From Mobula hypostoma (lineage: Eukaryota): a stretch of 64,000 nucleotides of DNA. Under the pieces are notes generated by a model. That model was not told where the DNA came from. It made no database searches and saw only the letters and a list, made by a program, of their open reading frames with translations. Positions 60,490-64,000 of the stretch are shown here, piece by piece. The stretch lies in NCBI RefSeq assembly GCF_963921235.1, contig NC_086108.1, positions 107,758,001 through 107,822,000 of the forward strand, written 5' to 3'. Numbering within the stretch: the first letter of the stretch is position 1; every line of letters begins with the position of its first letter. Both the position numbers and the translations under genes were made by a program.

Positions 60490-63400
60490 CGGAGGCTGGA
60501 AATCCAAAATAACACACAAAAATGCTGGAGGAACTCAGCAGGCCTGGCAGTGTCTATGGTGCGGGATAAACAGTCAATGTTTCTGGCTGAGACCATTGAT
60601 TAGGACTGGAAAGGAAGGGGGCAGAAGCCAGAATAAGATGGGAAGGAGTACAAGCTGGCAGTTGATGGTAAGACAAGGTGAGGGGGAAGGTGGGTGGGTA
60701 GAGGAGAGGTGAATGAATTAAGAAGCTGAGAGGTGATAGTTTTCCTTCTTCTTCTGAAGCCCATTGTCCCTGCTGGGACATAGGTCACAGACAGCAGCTC
60801 ACCAGTTCGTCCTCTATTCTGGGCTGAAGGTTGCTTGGCCCTGCGGCTTCCACTTTAACCATACACTTTCTAGGTGAAGGTCCTTCCTGTCCCCAGGATG
60901 AGCTTCTGTTGCCATTTCTGTAGCTCTGGGTTTTTGCAGGATGGGGTCACCGGCTGCCTGCCCAACCCTCCTCCTTTCACAAACAGTGTTGGGACCATCC
61001 GCAGCAGAGTTGGAGGGGTTAGGTGGGAAGCAGTAAAGGGAAAAGGAAGGAGGAATCTGACAGGAGAGAAAGGGAAGGAGAAGGCGCACCAGGTGGTGAT
61101 GGTGGACGGCCGAGGAGAAGAGAAGGGGTAAGAGTAACACTAAGGGGCAGAAAACGCTGGTGGGAGTTGTGTACAGGCCACCTAACAGTAGTAGTGAGGT
61201 CGGGGATGGTATTAAACAGGGAATTAGAAATGTGTGCAATAAAGGAACAGCAGTTATAATGGGTGACTTCAATCTACATGTAGATTGGGTGAACCACATT
61301 GGTAAAGGTGCTGAGGAAGAGGATTTCTTGGAATGTATGCGGGATGGTTTTTTGAACCAATGTGTCGAGGAACCAACTAGAGAGCAGGCTATTCTAGACT
61401 GGGTATTGAGCAATGAGGAAGGGTTAATTAGCAATCTTGTCGTGAGAGGCCCCTTGGGTAAGAGTGACCACAATATGGTGGAATTCTTCATTAAGATGGA
61501 GAGTGACATAGTTAATTCAGAAACAAAGGTTCTGAACTTAAAGAGGGGTAACTTTGAAGGTATGAGACGTGAATTAGCTAAGATAGACTGGCAAATGACA
61601 CTTAAAGGGTTGACGGTGGATATGCAATGGCAAGCATTTAAAGGTTGCATGGATGAACTACAACAATTGTTCATCCCAGTTTGGCAAAAGAATAAATCAA
61701 GGAAGGTAGTGCACCCGTGGCTGACAAGAGAAATTAGGGATAGTATCAATTCCAAAGAAGAAGCATACAAATTAGCCAGAAAAAGTGGCTCACCTGAGGA
61801 CTGGGAGAAATTCAGAGTTCAGCAGAGGAGGACAAAGGGCTTAGTTAGGAAGGGGAAAAAAGATTATGAGAGAAAACTGGCAGGGAACATAAAAACTGAC
61901 TGTAAAAGCTTTTATAGATATGTAAAAAGGAAAAGACTGGTGAAGACAAATGTAGGTCCCCTATAGACAGAAACAGGTGAATTGATTATGGGGAACAAGG
62001 ACATGGCAGACCAATTGAATAATTACTTTGGTTCTGTCTTCACTATGGAGGACATAAATAATCTTCCAGAAATAGTAGGGGACAGAGGGTCCAGTGAGAT
62101 GGAGGAACTGAGCGAAATACATGTTAGTAGGGAAGTGGTGTTAGGTAAATTGAAGGGATTAAAGGCAGATAAATCCCCAGGGCCAGATGGTCTGCATCCC
62201 AGAGTGCTTAAGGAAGTAGCCCAAGAAATAGTGGATGCATTAGTGATAATTTTACAAAACTCGTTAGATTCTGGACTAGTTCCTGAGGATTGGAGGGTGG
62301 CTAATGTAACCTCACTTTTTAAAAAAGGAGGGAGAGAGAAACCGGGGAATTATAGACCGGTTAGCCTAACGTCGGTGGTGGGGAAACTGCTGGAGTCAGT
62401 TATCAAAGATGTGATAACAGCACATTTGGAAAGCGGTGAAATCATTGGACAAAGTCAGCATGGATTTGTGAAAGGAAAATCATGTCTGACGAATCTCATA
62501 GAATCTTTTGAGGATGTAACTAGTAGAGTGGATAGGGGAGAACCAGTGGATGTGGTATATTTGGATTTTCAAAATGCTTTTGACAAGGTCCCACACAGGA
62601 GATTAGTGTGCAAACTTAAAGCACACGGTATTGGGGGTAAGGTATTGATGTGGATAGAGAATTGGTTAGCAGACAGGAAGCAAAGAGTGGGAATAAACGG
62701 GACCTTTTCAGAATGGCAGGCAGTGACCAGTGGGGTACCGCAAGGCTCAGTGCTGGGACCCCAGTTGTTTACAATATATATTAATGACTTGGATGAGGGA
62801 ATTAAATGCAGCATCTCCAAGTTTGCGGATGGCACGAAGCTGGGTGGCAGTGTTAGCTGTGAGGAGGATGCTAAGAGGATGCAGAGTGACTTGGATAGGT
62901 TGGGTGAGTGGGCAAATTCATGGCAGATGCAATTTAATGTGGATAAATATGAAGTTATCCACTTTGGTGGCAAAAATAGGAAAACAGATTATTATCTGAA
63001 TGGTGGCCGATTAGGAAAAGGGGAGGTGCAACGAGACCTGGGTGTCATTATACACCAGTCATTGAAAGTGGGCATGCAGGTACAGCAGGCGGTGAAAAAG
63101 GCGAATGGTATGCTGGCATTTATAGCGAGAGGATTCGAGTACAGGAGCAGGGAGATACTACTGCAGTTGTACAAGGCCTTGGTGAGACCACACCTGGAGT
63201 ATTGTGTGCAGTTTTGGTCCCCTAATCTGAGGAAAGACATCCTTGCCATAGAGGGAGTACAAAGAAGGTTCACCAGATTGATTCCTGGGATGGCAAGACT
63301 TTCATATGAAGAAAGACTGGACGAACTAGGCTTGTACTCGTTGGAATTTAGAAGATTGAGGGGGGATCTGATTGAAATGTATAAAATCCTAAAGGGATTG

Positions 63401-63880
63401 GACAGGCTAGATGCAGGAAGATAGTTCCCGATGTTGGGGAAGTCCAGAACGAGGGGTCACAGTTTGAGGATAAAGGCGAAGCCTTTTATGACTGAGATTA
63501 GGAAAAACTTCTTCGCACAGAGAGTGGTGAATCTGTGGAATTCTCTGCCACGGGAAACAGTTGAGGCTAGTTCATTGGCTATATTTAAGAGGGAGTTAGA
63601 TATGGCCCTCGTGGCTAGGGGGATCAGAGGGTATGGAGGAAAGGCTGGTGCAGGGTTCTGAGTTGGATGATCAGCCATGATCATAATAAATGGCGGTGCA
63701 GGCTCGAAGGGCCGAATGACCTACTCCTGCACCTATTTTCTATGTTTCTATGTTAAGAGGGGAACTAGAATGGAGAATGGAAAAAGGGAGAAGGGTAAGT
63801 ATGAAAAATTACTGTAAGTTGAAGAAATCAATATTCATGTCATCAGGTTGGAGCCTATCCAGATGAAATATAAGGTGTTT
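60490..63880 (-). mobile_element. PLE fragment split by an RTE-like element (~60746-61020) and by a CR1
   Basis: PLE tail and UTR at 60490-60745 continue at 61022-61134 and 63754-63880. Confidence 0.7.
61135..63753 (+). mobile_element. Young CR1 LINE, 5'-truncated within the APE endonuclease; ORF2 pseudogene
   Basis: One frame across 61160..63661 (VYRPP, MGDFN, SDHN, GVPQGSVLGP) with in-frame TAG stops at 61964 and 63422 and FADD changed to FADG. (TTTCTATG)n tail. TSD TAAGAG at 61129-61134 and 63754-63759. Confidence 0.97.
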
Positions 63881-64000
63881 ATTTTATTTTATTGAAATAC
63901 TGTGCTGAATAGGTCGTTCCAGCCCTTTGTGCTTCATTGCCCAGCAATCCCTCCAATTTAATTCTAACCTGATCATGGGACAGTTTACAATGACTATTTA

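Noticed and set aside
60814..61770. 318-aa minus-strand ORF
   Set aside because: Mostly the antisense shadow of CR1 ORF2 running into neighbouring repeats; no independent coding signal.

Overview
Vertebrate nuclear DNA, almost certainly a cartilaginous fish and probably a ray. This is inferred from the repeat families: CR1 LINEs with (TTCTATGT)n/(TCTTATGG)n tails, V-SINE/HE1-type SINEs, and a Neptune-type Penelope-like element. Most of the window is nested, decayed transposable elements: many CR1 LINEs (none intact), Rex1/Babar and L2 fragments, RTE-derived non-autonomous elements, Tc1 derivatives, Penelope-like elements (PLEs) and a probable solo LTR. Nearly all ORFs in the track are TE fragments, their antisense shadows or low-complexity artefacts. 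No host gene could be named. Non-repetitive islands contain a plausible + strand gene start: an HNF1/forkhead/TATA cluster near 48.8 kb, a 42-nt exon ending in ATG|GTAAGG at 53.9 kb, and an in-phase 130-nt exon at 59.8 kb. There is also a candidate membrane-protein exon at 27.9 kb. The most interesting signals are RNA-level. More than ten PLE copies carry a minimal type-I hammerhead ribozyme motif, three with an intact core. One PLE forms an 86-bp fold-back with a 13-bp target-site duplication (TSD). An RTE-derived element has an HDV-like ribozyme-shaped 5' end. Repeat boundaries without a stated TSD are approximate, and family names come from motif recognition, not database searches.
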